From Fibrobacteria bacterium (GTDB lineage Bacteria; Fibrobacterota; Fibrobacteria; UBA11236), in contig JBGTHM010000126.1 of NCBI GenBank assembly GCA_041746255.1, positions 22,953 through 86,952 on the forward strand: a stretch of 64,000 bases of DNA, in the 5' to 3' direction. This document shows, piece after piece, positions 1-10,308 of the stretch. Positions within the stretch are counted from its first letter, which is position 1. Each line of letters starts with the position of its first letter. The position numbers were made by a program, and so were the translations under genes. The notes beneath the pieces were generated by a model. The model was given only the letters and a program-made list of their open reading frames with translations. It did not search any database and was not told the origin of the DNA.

Positions 1-150
1 TGCGAAGCTGAAAAGCTGTCCACAGGCTTCCTTTTCAGATTTCATATTTGGGTAAAACATGGACCAGGAGCCAATTGGAAGAATCTCAGCTCTGCTAAGG
101 AGTATGGAACAGGAAGCCCGCCTACGGCACCCGGTTCATTTTTATGGGAA

Positions 151-202
151 GTGTCCACCTGGGTGTCCACTTTTTCGTAGTAGGTGGTAGTATTTCGTAG
201 TA
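151..202. repeat. Phased direct repeats (candidate integrase arm-type and excisionase sites)
   Basis: GTGTCCAC at 151 and 163 (12-bp period); GTAGTA at 177, 187 and 197 (10-bp period); about 100 bp from the tRNA fragment. Confidence 0.6.
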
Positions 203-305
203 TCTGGCACAGGCCTGCCTCTTTCCTGAGGCAAGAAAAGCGGCCTAAATAACTCGTTTTCGCCACTTTTCCGAAACCTGGTCAAAATACATGCCCCCCT
301 TCCCC

Positions 306-354
306 CTCCTTGCCAAGGAGATGGTCGAGCGTTCGAGTCGCTTAACCCGCTCCA
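306..354 (+). mobile_element. att site: 3' fragment of tRNA-Gly(GCC), end of an element lying upstream of the window
   Basis: CTCC-TTGCCAA-GGAG anticodon arm, GAGCG-TTCGAGT-CGCTT T-arm, AACCCGC-T-CCA 3' end; no D-arm or 5' acceptor strand upstream. Confidence 0.85.
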
Positions 355-355
355 T

Positions 356-383
356 AAAGCCTCTCAGAAATGAGGGGCTTTTT
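356..383 (+). terminator. Rho-independent terminator after the tRNA fragment
   Basis: AAAGCCTCTCA-GAAA-TGAGGGGCTTT stem-loop ending in a T run. Confidence 0.85.
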
Positions 384-596
384 GCGTTTTAGACTCCCTA
401 TATTTCCGATACAAATGGATTGGTTTTTTTCAGAAATCACAGGGGTGTGAGATCCCCTTTTTCGCTCTATCCGCAAATTGAGTATGGTGTAAAAAAGCAG
501 GAATCGCCAAAATGGGAAATAAAATGCCGAAACATTGATATTTCAGCTATACTCATAATGGAAATTACGATCATTTCGCTTAAGCGCGTACCAATT

Positions 597-2261
597 CTAG
601 TACACCCGAAGAAAACTTATTTGGGGTGTATTATTTCGATGTTGGCTCCGTAAAATCAATAATCCCCGCTGCAACGAAGCTTCGCCCACAAATTGGCGGT
701 CAAATACGCTTTTACGGGACCACACTACCCTGCCCTGCGTATCCATAATCTCCATATCCGCGGGATAGGCGTTGGATTCGAAATAAATGCCCCCCGCTCC
801 AGGACGTACAGTCGAGAATAGGGCTCTCGAGGGTTTGATGTGAATGCCCGTATTCGCCGTAGCACCAGGGCCCACATCGGAGGGCTTCAACGGACGCAAG
901 GTCACCGGGCTGTTACTGAATTGATCGGAGCCGACGTCTTTCTTGTCAGCCCGAGGTTGACCGTCCTTGTCATTTTTGACAAAGGTGTAATTTCCCACTG
1001 CGGCGCCTATCGCCGGGCTACCGGCCTTGAGTTGCGGAATGCCGTCGGCGCCGATACTTATTAGCGGGTCAACTTCCTTGAACCCTGCATTTGGCAAATC
1101 ACCCGCAGGTGATTTCCAGATGATATTCCCCTCGAATACGGGTGTCGTCCAGACGGACCGGCTTTCCCGAGTAACGGCCTGTTTGCAATTGACAAAAAGG
1201 TTATTTACCAGCCTTATGTCTTTAGATCCCCCATCGCCGCCATGGACGAATCCATGAGAGCTTTCGATCATGGTGTTGAACCCGACGAAGGATCGGTCCG
1301 GCCTTTGGTGAGAATAACCGTTGTCATGGTCGGGATTATTGTCTTTGCGACTAAACGCTTTAATCGCTTCCCCGACCTTTACGAAGGTATTGTTATAAAT
1401 TTTATGGTCCGTGCCGGAGAAGCGTATTCCGGAACCTCCGAAAAAGTAATTGCCGTAAACCTCCCCTTCATTGCCGTTGCGTAAATTGACGTCCCTTGAA
1501 TTGTATATCGTATTATACCGGAAAGTTACGTTATGGCATTTCGCAGACAAGACTCCCTCCGCGTCCGCATTCATTCTTTCGAACAAGTTGTGCTCTATAA
1601 GCAGATAGGCTTTACTGTGCCTCCTGGCGTGATAGCCCGGTTGGATCGCCGTATTATCGTTATCGGACCGGTTTGGAAAGTCGATGAAATGATTATGGTG
1701 AACCCAATTGCCTTTGGACATGTCCGAGGTGCCTTCGCCTTGAATCGACAGGATGGGCCCCTTGAATTTTTTGTTCCGGAATGTGTTATAACTAACCTCG
1801 TTGCTGTCACCGAATACTTTTAAATAGGAAGTGCTGGATGAACCGTTTGGCGTCAACTCATACACATTTCGCGTGATCTTAGAGTGCGACGCGCTGTTGC
1901 CCCGCCCGGTTACCGCCTTGTGTTTGAATACGAATCCCTGTAGAGTAACGTATTGGGTACCTTGCTCCAGATCGATCCCTGCTTCTCCGGTAATCGTAAC
2001 CCCGCCAATGGTTTCCGCCCGTATGATTATGGGACTCCCGGGCATTCCTTTTTTGTTCTCGACTTTGATGACGCCTGTGGAAACATAGGTTCCATTGGCC
2101 AGGACTATTTCATCCCCCATTTCAGCGTTTGCGATAGCGGTATTAAGAGCAGCCAGCGAATTAACGGATATGGTTCGGGAAGCATCCACCACTTGACTTA
2201 GGGATACCAGCACCATTATCCAAAATCCGATTCGTGGGTTAACTATTCGTGGCATTTTCAT
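597..2261 (-). CDS. Secreted polysaccharide lyase family 6 (chondroitinase B/alginate lyase-like beta-helix) with C-terminal sorting-like domain
   Basis: Signal peptide; GDEIVLANGTY and IIIRAETIGGV; beta-helix repeats; LSAKC and NLRNG match the catalytic Lys/Arg positions; tail IMDTQGRVV. Confidence 0.8.
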   Translation of the reverse strand: MKMPRIVNPRIGFWIMVLVSLSQVVDASRTISVNSLAALNTAIANAEMGDEIVLANGTYVSTGVIKVENKKGMPGSPIIIRAETIGGVTITGEAGIDLEQGTQYVTLQGFVFKHKAVTGRGNSASHSKITRNVYELTPNGSSSTSYLKVFGDSNEVSYNTFRNKKFKGPILSIQGEGTSDMSKGNWVHHNHFIDFPNRSDNDNTAIQPGYHARRHSKAYLLIEHNLFERMNADAEGVLSAKCHNVTFRYNTIYNSRDVNLRNGNEGEVYGNYFFGGSGIRFSGTDHKIYNNTFVKVGEAIKAFSRKDNNPDHDNGYSHQRPDRSFVGFNTMIESSHGFVHGGDGGSKDIRLVNNLFVNCKQAVTRESRSVWTTPVFEGNIIWKSPAGDLPNAGFKEVDPLISIGADGIPQLKAGSPAIGAAVGNYTFVKNDKDGQPRADKKDVGSDQFSNSPVTLRPLKPSDVGPGATANTGIHIKPSRALFSTVRPGAGGIYFESNAYPADMEIMDTQGRVVWSRKSVFDRQFVGEASLQRGLLILRSQHRNNTPQISFLRVY

Positions 2262-2441
2262 TGGTCAACTCTCTAAGGCATCTTATCTGTAAGGTCACGA
2301 GAATCCTTTCTCTTAACCTATCGCCAAAGTTGGGGAATGTTCTACAGAAAATGCGGTAATTTCATATAAAATCCGGTTATTTGAGCCTTTGGCCGTTATT
2401 TGGCTAAAGCGGGAATTTCTGCCAGAGCAGTATCACCCTCA

Positions 2442-4208
2442 TCAATGCCGATGCACCGGTTGCGTCCCGATATCATTATTTGCCGCTGTGCCAATGGGAG
2501 GGATTTTCCTCTCAATATCGCCGCATTGCAGCATCGCAGCGCCATAATACGGATTCTTGATGGCTTCGAATTCGCTTAACCAATAGGCGCCGGTGTCGTT
2601 CGCGGCCATGGGACAATGGTTGAGAAACAAACCCTCTCGATTCACCCCGAAAAATTCCACCGCGGCAATCAAGGAGTTCGAAAGCATTTCAAAATGATTC
2701 CTCTTTTCTTTCAAATCCTTGGCTTTGATTAAGTTTTCAACGGAAACTTGGATTTGTTTTTCCTGTTCCTTCCAAGTGGAGAGCGCATCCCCTTGCAGAT
2801 GAGACCCCCCTACTCTTTTCACCGTGGATAGCAATCGTTTACCAATACCCCCGGCCTTATCCCCATCACTCTCCACCAATGCGTTTTTAACCTCTAAGTA
2901 TGCCTCAACAACTTCCGTCAATTGTAATGTGAACTGCGCCGGAATATTGCGAGCCAGGCTCGCGGGCCGATTCATCATGCTGTAATTGCCGCTGAGCTGC
3001 GCGGCCGCGTCAATCGCGAATACCCCGTTCACCACCACTTTATCACCTGGATTGAGCCCGGATGATACGCTATAGAACTCGCCGGTACGCGAACCCAAGG
3101 TTATCTCCCGCATTTCAAAGGCGGGAAATTCACTGTCGGTAATCTCCACGTAAACCACGGAACGCGTGCCTGTCCACAACAGCGCCGACTTGGGAATCAA
3201 TAAGGTTTTTTCCTGAAAGCTGATGCCACTTTTAACTTTGGCGTTGATGAACATATCCGGCTTCAATACCATTCCCGGATTTGCGATCTCTGCCCTTACC
3301 GCAGCCGTTCGGGTTTGCGGGTTGACCAGTGGATCGACGAAGCTGATGGCGGAAGTGAACTCACGCCCCGGAATCGAGGCAACTGTGAATGTGACTTTCT
3401 CCCCCACCCTAATCAAGGGAATATCACTTTCATAGGCATCCAGAAGCACCCATACCTTGGATAAATCGGCGATTTCGAAAAGTGCGCTGCCCCGATTCAC
3501 GAAGTCTCCCGTGGAGAATCCCCGCTTAATCACCACCCCCGCAACATCCGAATAAATGTCCAACTCGGGTTTCACATCACCGGCAGCTTCGATGGCGGCG
3601 ATTTGCTTGTCCCCGATTTTCCACAGCCGGAGTTTTTCACGAACGGCATTATAAAGTACGGGGTTCGCATCCCTGTTGCGTGCGGCCTCCAATAATTCCT
3701 TTTGCGCGGTAATCAATTCAGGAGAATAAATGGTGGCCAGCTTTTGGCCTTTACTCACCTGCTGACCGGTGAAATCGATGAACAGTCTTTCAATCCTCCC
3801 GGAAAAATTGGCGGTGATGACGGCGAGGTTCTGTTCATTGACGGCTATCTTACCGGACAGGCTGATTTCATGCCCCGGAGCGAGATAATCGATTTTGACG
3901 GTTTGGATATTCGCCAGAGCCACCGCCTCGGGCGACATGGAGTGGACATAAGGGTTGGCAGGGCCACTGCCGCTTGATCGCGTCAACGGAATCAGGTCCA
4001 TTCCGCATAGCGGACACTTTCCGGGACCGTCTTGTCGGATCTGTGGATGCATGGAACAGGTATAAATTTTGGCTTCCTCGGAACTACCCGCACTGTCGCC
4101 ATGGGTGTGCCCCGCGGAACCACTGAAGAACATCCAACCCAAGGCCAAACCCACCGCCAGCATCAGGCCCAGTTGTAAAAGCCGGTTATTCACGATTCGA
4201 TTCCTCAT
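2442..4208 (-). CDS. cusB: CusB-type RND periplasmic adaptor with heavy-metal-binding domain and DUF3347-like C-terminus
   Basis: YTCSMHPQI..GKCPLCGMDL; IYSPELITAQKELL; HCPMA..WLS..IKNPYYG..MLQCG. Confidence 0.9.
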   Translation of the reverse strand: MRNRIVNNRLLQLGLMLAVGLALGWMFFSGSAGHTHGDSAGSSEEAKIYTCSMHPQIRQDGPGKCPLCGMDLIPLTRSSGSGPANPYVHSMSPEAVALANIQTVKIDYLAPGHEISLSGKIAVNEQNLAVITANFSGRIERLFIDFTGQQVSKGQKLATIYSPELITAQKELLEAARNRDANPVLYNAVREKLRLWKIGDKQIAAIEAAGDVKPELDIYSDVAGVVIKRGFSTGDFVNRGSALFEIADLSKVWVLLDAYESDIPLIRVGEKVTFTVASIPGREFTSAISFVDPLVNPQTRTAAVRAEIANPGMVLKPDMFINAKVKSGISFQEKTLLIPKSALLWTGTRSVVYVEITDSEFPAFEMREITLGSRTGEFYSVSSGLNPGDKVVVNGVFAIDAAAQLSGNYSMMNRPASLARNIPAQFTLQLTEVVEAYLEVKNALVESDGDKAGGIGKRLLSTVKRVGGSHLQGDALSTWKEQEKQIQVSVENLIKAKDLKEKRNHFEMLSNSLIAAVEFFGVNREGLFLNHCPMAANDTGAYWLSEFEAIKNPYYGAAMLQCGDIERKIPPIGTAANNDIGTQPVHRH

Positions 4209-5701
4209 TTCGTTCCACCCTTCTTAATCGCCTCGCCCATGCGTTTATCCAATGTAAACGCCCCCATCAATCTCTCCGCCCGGGCCACGGCCAGATTGTT
4301 GTCGGCCAAGGCCTTTTCCCCTTGCAATTCGTATTCCAACAGCTTTTTTTGCAGACGCAGTAATTCTTCGAATCCCTTTCCTGACCCCGTATATTGGGCC
4401 GTCAGAATATTCACCGCCTGCCGGGCCAAATTGGCTTGCGCCTGATACAATTCGATTCTGCGGGAAGCGTCCTTGAAATCACGGTTTATCTCCGCAATAC
4501 TTACCATCAACTGATTATGCACATCTTTCCGTCGCTCCACCGTAGCCTCTCGTTTAAGCTCGGCTTCTTTCACCGAAGCTCTGTATTTTCCTCTCCACAT
4601 GGGAATACTTAAGGTTACCATGGGCATCAACATGTCGTGGCCCGCGCCGCCGTGACCGGCTTCCTCCCGGACTCGAAAAAAATCGTATTGCAGGCCGACA
4701 CCAACCATGGGAAGCCCCATTCTCCTGTTCATTTTTTCCTGAAAGGAAAAAGCCTTCTCCTCCGCCTCCAACATGTTCAGCATGGGGTTGTCCTTTTCAA
4801 TGGTTTGCGTGAGCGCCGAGGGCAGCACACCAGGGTGTAGTTTGGTCGGTAGGGCAACCGGCTCCACCAATCCACTTCCCAGAATTCCATTGAATCGTGC
4901 CGTTAAGGTCGTACGACGATCCACCAAAGCCGACAGGGCGTTTTCCAATTCTTTGACTTCCATTTGCACCCACAGCACGTCGACCATTCCGGAACCACTT
5001 CCACCGGCATCCATGGTGGCCATGGAACCCTGGCTACCCGCAACGCTTTCGCCGGCGGCCATGCCCGAGGCTGCACTACCGCCCATACCGCTCATCCCTC
5101 CCATGGCATCGGCTGAACCCCCACCGGCGCTGGGAGAGGCTCCTCGAGTCGCAGCGCTTCCTCCCATGCCGCTCCCAGTCGATGCACCGGCCCCGCCACC
5201 ACCGCTGAAACGGATGAGAGCGATATTTTCCAGGCTTTTCAGTATTTCCCTGTTCTTTTCCGTAACCTTGATTTCCTGTTCCAGCATGTACAAGTCAAGC
5301 AACCCCGATTTAACGTCAAAGAACACTTGGTCTGCGGCTTCACGGAATAGCTGGTATTCGCCCTCGGCCATCATGGCGGCTTCGCTTTTGGCGGCGCTCC
5401 GGGTTCCGAACCAGGGAAACATTTGCATGATGGAAACACTTCCCACCTGATCACCCGCGTAGCGCTCCATAGGCTGAAGGAAAATTCCAAAGGAAGCCTC
5501 CGGGTCGGGCAAGGAACCCATTTGCGGAACTTTTTCCAAGGCCGCCAAATAATTTTTGAACTTGGCTTTAAGGCCGGGATTGTTCTCAGCGGCCAATATG
5601 CCATACTCTTCAACCGTTTGAGCGGATAACCCGGCATACCCAAGGAGCAAAGCCCCCAAAATAAACAGGGATATTATTTTTCTCGGGAATAAGCGCGTCA
5701 T
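4205..5701 (-). CDS. TolC-family outer membrane efflux protein (CusC role)
   Basis: Signal peptide, ENNPGLKA..LPDP, QMFPWFG, SIPMWRGKY; lies between cusA and cusB. Confidence 0.9.
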   Translation of the reverse strand: MTRLFPRKIISLFILGALLLGYAGLSAQTVEEYGILAAENNPGLKAKFKNYLAALEKVPQMGSLPDPEASFGIFLQPMERYAGDQVGSVSIMQMFPWFGTRSAAKSEAAMMAEGEYQLFREAADQVFFDVKSGLLDLYMLEQEIKVTEKNREILKSLENIALIRFSGGGGAGASTGSGMGGSAATRGASPSAGGGSADAMGGMSGMGGSAASGMAAGESVAGSQGSMATMDAGGSGSGMVDVLWVQMEVKELENALSALVDRRTTLTARFNGILGSGLVEPVALPTKLHPGVLPSALTQTIEKDNPMLNMLEAEEKAFSFQEKMNRRMGLPMVGVGLQYDFFRVREEAGHGGAGHDMLMPMVTLSIPMWRGKYRASVKEAELKREATVERRKDVHNQLMVSIAEINRDFKDASRRIELYQAQANLARQAVNILTAQYTGSGKGFEELLRLQKKLLEYELQGEKALADNNLAVARAERLMGAFTLDKRMGEAIKKGGTK

Positions 5702-8700
5702 TCAGACGTCCTCCGTAACTTGTTTTTTCCCGGCAATTGTCTTCACTTGATATTCCGCCATCGCCGCATAGAGTACCGGAACCACGAACAAGGTGATGAG
5801 CACCACCGTCATTCCGCCGAAAACCGGAATGGCCATGGGAATCATGATATCCGACCCCCTGCCCCGCGAAGTCAATACCGGCAGCAAAGCCAACAGGGTG
5901 GTGGCCGAGGTCATGAGACAGGGACGTATTCTACGCATGCCGGCTTCCAGAACGGCTTGGCGTATCTCAACCACAGTGGATGGCCGCCGTTTGGCGAAAC
6001 TTTGCTTCATATAAGTTGCGATCAGCACTCCGTCGTCGGTGGCGAGACCGAACAGGGCGATGAAACCCACCCATACCGCCACGCTCAAATTGAAGGCGCG
6101 TATCTGAAACAATTCCCGGAAATCGATTCCGAAATAAGCACCTCCCAAAAACCAAGTCTGTCCATACAGCCAGAGCATGATAAACCCGCCCGCAAAAGCC
6201 ATGGCAATGGAGGAGAAAATCATCAACGACACCGCCACCGATTGGAATTGGAAGTAAAGAATGAGGAAGATGATGACCAAAACCAGGGGAATCACGATGG
6301 CCAAACGCTTTTCCGCCCTGACCTGGTTTTCATAAGTGCCGGAAAATTGATAGCTGACTCCGGGAGGTACAAGAAGTTCGCCGTCTGCGATTTTTTTGCT
6401 GAGAAAACGCTGCGCGTCCTCCACCACAGTGACTTCCGAAAATCCTTCCTGTTTATCCAAAAGCACGTATCCCACCAGGAAAGTGTCTTCGCCCCGGATC
6501 ATCATCGGTCCGGCGCGGTAGCGAATTTCGGCGACTTCTTCCAAGGGGATTTGCGCTCCCATAGGCGAGGAAATCAAAATGCGTTTAATTGATTCTGGGT
6601 CGTCGCGATACTCCCTGGCATAGCGGGCGCGGATGTTGAAACGCTCTCGCCCTTCCACCGTAGTGGTAAGCGGCATGCCGCCTATGGCTACTTCGATATA
6701 ATGTTGCACCTCGCCCACGCTCAGGCCATACCGGCCCATGGCCTCCCGGTTCAAATCGATTTCAAGGTAGGGCTTGCCCAGGCTCCTGTCGGCATATACC
6801 GCTTCGGGCTTCACCGAGGGAATCTCTTTGAGTAAACGCTCCAGCTTCAGACTGAACTCTTCGATGGATTGTAGGTCGGGACCGAATACTTTAATCCCCA
6901 TGGGGGCCCTCATACCGGTTTGCAACATTACCAGGCGCGTTTCGATGGGATGTAATTTTGGCGCCGAGGTCAAACCGGGTATATCGTTGGTGGCATTGAC
7001 GATTTCATTCCAAATGTCGTCGGGGGTGCGAATATGGTCGCGCCATTGGCGAAAAGGTTTTCCCTTTTTATCGGGAATTAAGTCTCCCCCTTCGTCGCGA
7101 AGGAAATCCCCGTCTTTACCGATGCGGTAACGGAGGGAATACCCATTTTCATCGGTTTTGAACTCGCTTTTATAAGTGATGATGTTCTCGAACATGGATA
7201 TCGGCGCGGGATCCAGCGCGCTTTCCACCCTACCGGCTTTTCCGACCACCAGTTCCACTTCGGGAATGGCCTGCACGCGCATATCCAGCTGTCGGATATA
7301 ACCGAGGTTGGCTTCCATACCCGAATGCGGCATGGATGTGGGCATCAACAGAAAGGAACCTTCGTCCAAAGAAGGCATGAATTCCTTACCCATACCGGGA
7401 AAGGCATGGGAAAGCATTGACCAAGGTGCGGTGGCGCGGATATTCACCCCCACCTTTTCTAAGCTCTGGGGAATGATTCCGAATACCTTGTCGAAACCCA
7501 GCCAGATATTGACGCCCAAAACCATGATCAGGGCAGGAGCGGCCAGGAAGATCGTCTTATGTTCGAGACACGTTTTCAGTATTACCGGATAGTACCGGAT
7601 GAATATTCGAAAGGAACCGATAACCGAAACGATTACCAGGAGAATGAACAGGAAATTAGCCAAGAACGGATTGTTCAATCCCAGCGGCATCCAGGCACCC
7701 GCCAATAACCAGGACACCGCGACGGCGATTATCACTGCGGTAACCGCTTGGTGGTACTCGCCATGCCAGACTACCATAGACCGCAGACGGGGATGGGAAA
7801 TGCGTTCGGGGCTGATTCTCCGAAACAATCCATTTAATCCCAATAGCATCAGCACTACGCCTGCCCACGGCGATATCCAAAGCACCGCTACACCCGACAT
7901 CATCAGCAAAACCTGCAAGCGTTTGCCCCATTTACGCCCCGGTTCCTTAATGGAAAAAAGGAAATGGGCGAAAGCGGGCAGCATGGTAAACGTGACTATC
8001 AAAGCGGCAACCAGACCAAAAGTTTTGGTATAGGCCAAGGGTCCGAAAAGTTTGCCTTCGGCGGCTTGCAAGGTGAATACCGGCAGAAAACTAACCACGG
8101 TGGTGGATACTGCCGTCAATATGGCGCTGGATACTTCAGCGGAGGCGTTATATACCGTAGTCAAAATGGGCTGATTGAGCGGGGCCTCTTTCTGGTGACG
8201 GAGCACGTTCTCACTCAAAATGATTCCCAAATCCACCATGGTACCGATGGCAATGGCGATGCCGGACAAAGCCACGATATTGGCGTCGACATTCAGGTAT
8301 TTCATCATGATGAAACTCATCAGCACGGCGATGGGAAGCAGGGCGGAAATCAGCAGCGAAGCCCGCAAGTGCATAACCATGGCGATCAGGACGATAATGG
8401 TGATAAGTATTTGCAGGGAAATGGCTTGGTATAAAGTTCCGATGGTTTCATATATCAAGCTCGAACGATCATAAAACGGCACCAGGGTGACCTTGGAGAC
8501 CCGCCCGTCCGCTAGGGTTTTTGCAGGCAGGCCCGGACGGATTTGCTCAATTTTATCCTTGATATGTTGGATCACCTGTAAAGGGTTGTCCCCATAGCGG
8601 GCCACTACCACGCCACCAACCGCTTCCACTCCCCCTTTGTCCAAAAAGCCGTTATGTCCACGAGGCGCCGGCCCGATATTTACCTTGGAAATGTCCCGAA

Positions 8701-9526
8701 CACGGATGGGGACGTTTCCGGATAGTTTCACTACCGTCTGTTCGATTTCCTCGGTGGATTGGATATACCCCAATCCTCTTACCAGGTATTCCGCCATATT
8801 GATCTCAACGGTATTGGCGCCGACATCCTGATTGCTGTTGCGCAAAGCTTCGACTACCTGCATGATACCCACGCCATGGGCTTTCATGGCTATCGGGTCT
8901 AGGTCGACTTGGTATTCCTTGACGAACCCGCCTATGGAGGCCACTTCAGACACGCCTTCCACGGCGGTAAGCGAATTACGCACATAAAAATCCTGGATGG
9001 TGCGCAGCTCATGGGGATCCCATCCTCCCGCGGGCTTCCCCTTTTCGTCGCGCCCTTCGAGGGTATACCAGTAAACCTGCCCCAGGGCGGTGGCGTCCGG
9101 GCCTAAAGTAGGCGCGACACCTTGCGGTAGCAGTTGCGGCGGAAGGGAATTGAGTTTTTCCAATACCCGGGTTCGACTCCAGTAATACTCCACAGATTCG
9201 TCGAAAATGATATAAATGCTGGAAAATCCGAACATGGAGGTGCTGCGCACACTTTTCACGCCGGGCATTCCCAATAAGGAGGAGGTGAGGGGATAAGTTA
9301 TTTGGTCTTCCACGTCCTGAGGACTGCGCCCCATCCATTCGGTAAAAACGATTTGCTGGTTCTCCCCGATGTCGGGAATGGCATCCACAGGAACAGGGTC
9401 ACGGGGAAAAACGCCCAGGTTCCAATTGAAGGGAGCCGTCACCACTCCCCACCCGACAAACAAAGCAAGCAACAGAATGGTGACCAGCTTGTTTACCAAA
9501 AAGTATCGGATGATGGAATTCAACAT
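5702..9526 (-). CDS. cusA: CusA/CzcA heavy-metal efflux RND permease
   Basis: DAIPDIGENQQIV, GPDATALGQVY, EFMPSLDEG, RIRPCLMT, IPMAIPVFGG. Confidence 0.95.
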   Translation of the reverse strand: MLNSIIRYFLVNKLVTILLLALFVGWGVVTAPFNWNLGVFPRDPVPVDAIPDIGENQQIVFTEWMGRSPQDVEDQITYPLTSSLLGMPGVKSVRSTSMFGFSSIYIIFDESVEYYWSRTRVLEKLNSLPPQLLPQGVAPTLGPDATALGQVYWYTLEGRDEKGKPAGGWDPHELRTIQDFYVRNSLTAVEGVSEVASIGGFVKEYQVDLDPIAMKAHGVGIMQVVEALRNSNQDVGANTVEINMAEYLVRGLGYIQSTEEIEQTVVKLSGNVPIRVRDISKVNIGPAPRGHNGFLDKGGVEAVGGVVVARYGDNPLQVIQHIKDKIEQIRPGLPAKTLADGRVSKVTLVPFYDRSSLIYETIGTLYQAISLQILITIIVLIAMVMHLRASLLISALLPIAVLMSFIMMKYLNVDANIVALSGIAIAIGTMVDLGIILSENVLRHQKEAPLNQPILTTVYNASAEVSSAILTAVSTTVVSFLPVFTLQAAEGKLFGPLAYTKTFGLVAALIVTFTMLPAFAHFLFSIKEPGRKWGKRLQVLLMMSGVAVLWISPWAGVVLMLLGLNGLFRRISPERISHPRLRSMVVWHGEYHQAVTAVIIAVAVSWLLAGAWMPLGLNNPFLANFLFILLVIVSVIGSFRIFIRYYPVILKTCLEHKTIFLAAPALIMVLGVNIWLGFDKVFGIIPQSLEKVGVNIRATAPWSMLSHAFPGMGKEFMPSLDEGSFLLMPTSMPHSGMEANLGYIRQLDMRVQAIPEVELVVGKAGRVESALDPAPISMFENIITYKSEFKTDENGYSLRYRIGKDGDFLRDEGGDLIPDKKGKPFRQWRDHIRTPDDIWNEIVNATNDIPGLTSAPKLHPIETRLVMLQTGMRAPMGIKVFGPDLQSIEEFSLKLERLLKEIPSVKPEAVYADRSLGKPYLEIDLNREAMGRYGLSVGEVQHYIEVAIGGMPLTTTVEGRERFNIRARYAREYRDDPESIKRILISSPMGAQIPLEEVAEIRYRAGPMMIRGEDTFLVGYVLLDKQEGFSEVTVVEDAQRFLSKKIADGELLVPPGVSYQFSGTYENQVRAEKRLAIVIPLVLVIIFLILYFQFQSVAVSLMIFSSIAMAFAGGFIMLWLYGQTWFLGGAYFGIDFRELFQIRAFNLSVAVWVGFIALFGLATDDGVLIATYMKQSFAKRRPSTVVEIRQAVLEAGMRRIRPCLMTSATTLLALLPVLTSRGRGSDIMIPMAIPVFGGMTVVLITLFVVPVLYAAMAEYQVKTIAGKKQVTEDV

Positions 9527-9651
9527 GAGGCGGTTTCAGCTTTCTGTTTAAAAGGATACAGGATGTGAATATGGCGACAAATCCATGGGGAAAATCGCAA
9601 GGACACAATCATCCCGGGGCGCTTATTAACAGCGTGGGATGGCTATCGATT

Positions 9652-10056
9652 TTAAAGCAGGAAAACTTGGACGAAAGGCAGCGAGACTGCGTTCAGGTCG
9701 GGAGGAGAGTGGTAACCGGCGGTATTCCAGTCATGGGAGGTTGTAGACAGGGTTGCGAAGACGAGTTGGTCATCCCATAATGAAGGTGTTGGAACCGATT
9801 CCACCGGTGGGAAATGGTTCTGATAATCATCGACAGAGATTTCCTGGAAGTCGTCTTGGCAACAGGGAATGGAGCTGATGATGGGCTGACTATTCGCCTT
9901 TCCGGCGGCGGCCTCCATTCCGCAACTAGCCTGACCATGACCCAGAACCAGTTTGAATTCAGCCAATTCACCGTTGCAAAAATGCGCGGCAATCCCGGCG
10001 TTCAGGGAAACGACCGCCATCAGCAGGATAAGGAATAAGGGCATTAGCTTTTTCAT
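9652..10056 (-). CDS. HYC_CC_PP-family small exported protein
   Basis: HFC..CGM..CC..PP motif order; typical position upstream of metal efflux operons. Confidence 0.7.
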   Translation of the reverse strand: MKKLMPLFLILLMAVVSLNAGIAAHFCNGELAEFKLVLGHGQASCGMEAAAGKANSQPIISSIPCCQDDFQEISVDDYQNHFPPVESVPTPSLWDDQLVFATLSTTSHDWNTAGYHSPPDLNAVSLPFVQVFLL

Positions 10057-10308
10057 GTACTCCCTTATGTTAAATATAATCGCCTAAAAAAGCAATAAAT
10101 TCGCCATTTTTACCCATGGTTTAAGCATCTAGGGGAGCGAAAACCGCATGGAACCCCGAAAACGAAATTATCAATCATCGCCAAAAAATAAAGGCTTGGT
10201 CCGGACTTTTCCATTTTTCATACATAATGCAATGGACTCCCGCAACGCCCGCCCATAAAATAAAAGTGATTACGGTTGCGAATCATGCAATACATGATGG
10301 AGAAAATA

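Noticed and set aside
280..354. Intact tRNA-Gly gene
   Set aside because: The 5' acceptor strand and D-arm are missing; only the 3' part is present
42..653. Short ORFs 42..266 and 420..653
   Set aside because: No recognisable motifs; one overlaps the att-associated repeats and the other the PL6 3' end
4773..6592. Plus-strand ORFs of 225 and 290 aa
   Set aside because: Antisense shadows of tolC and cusA
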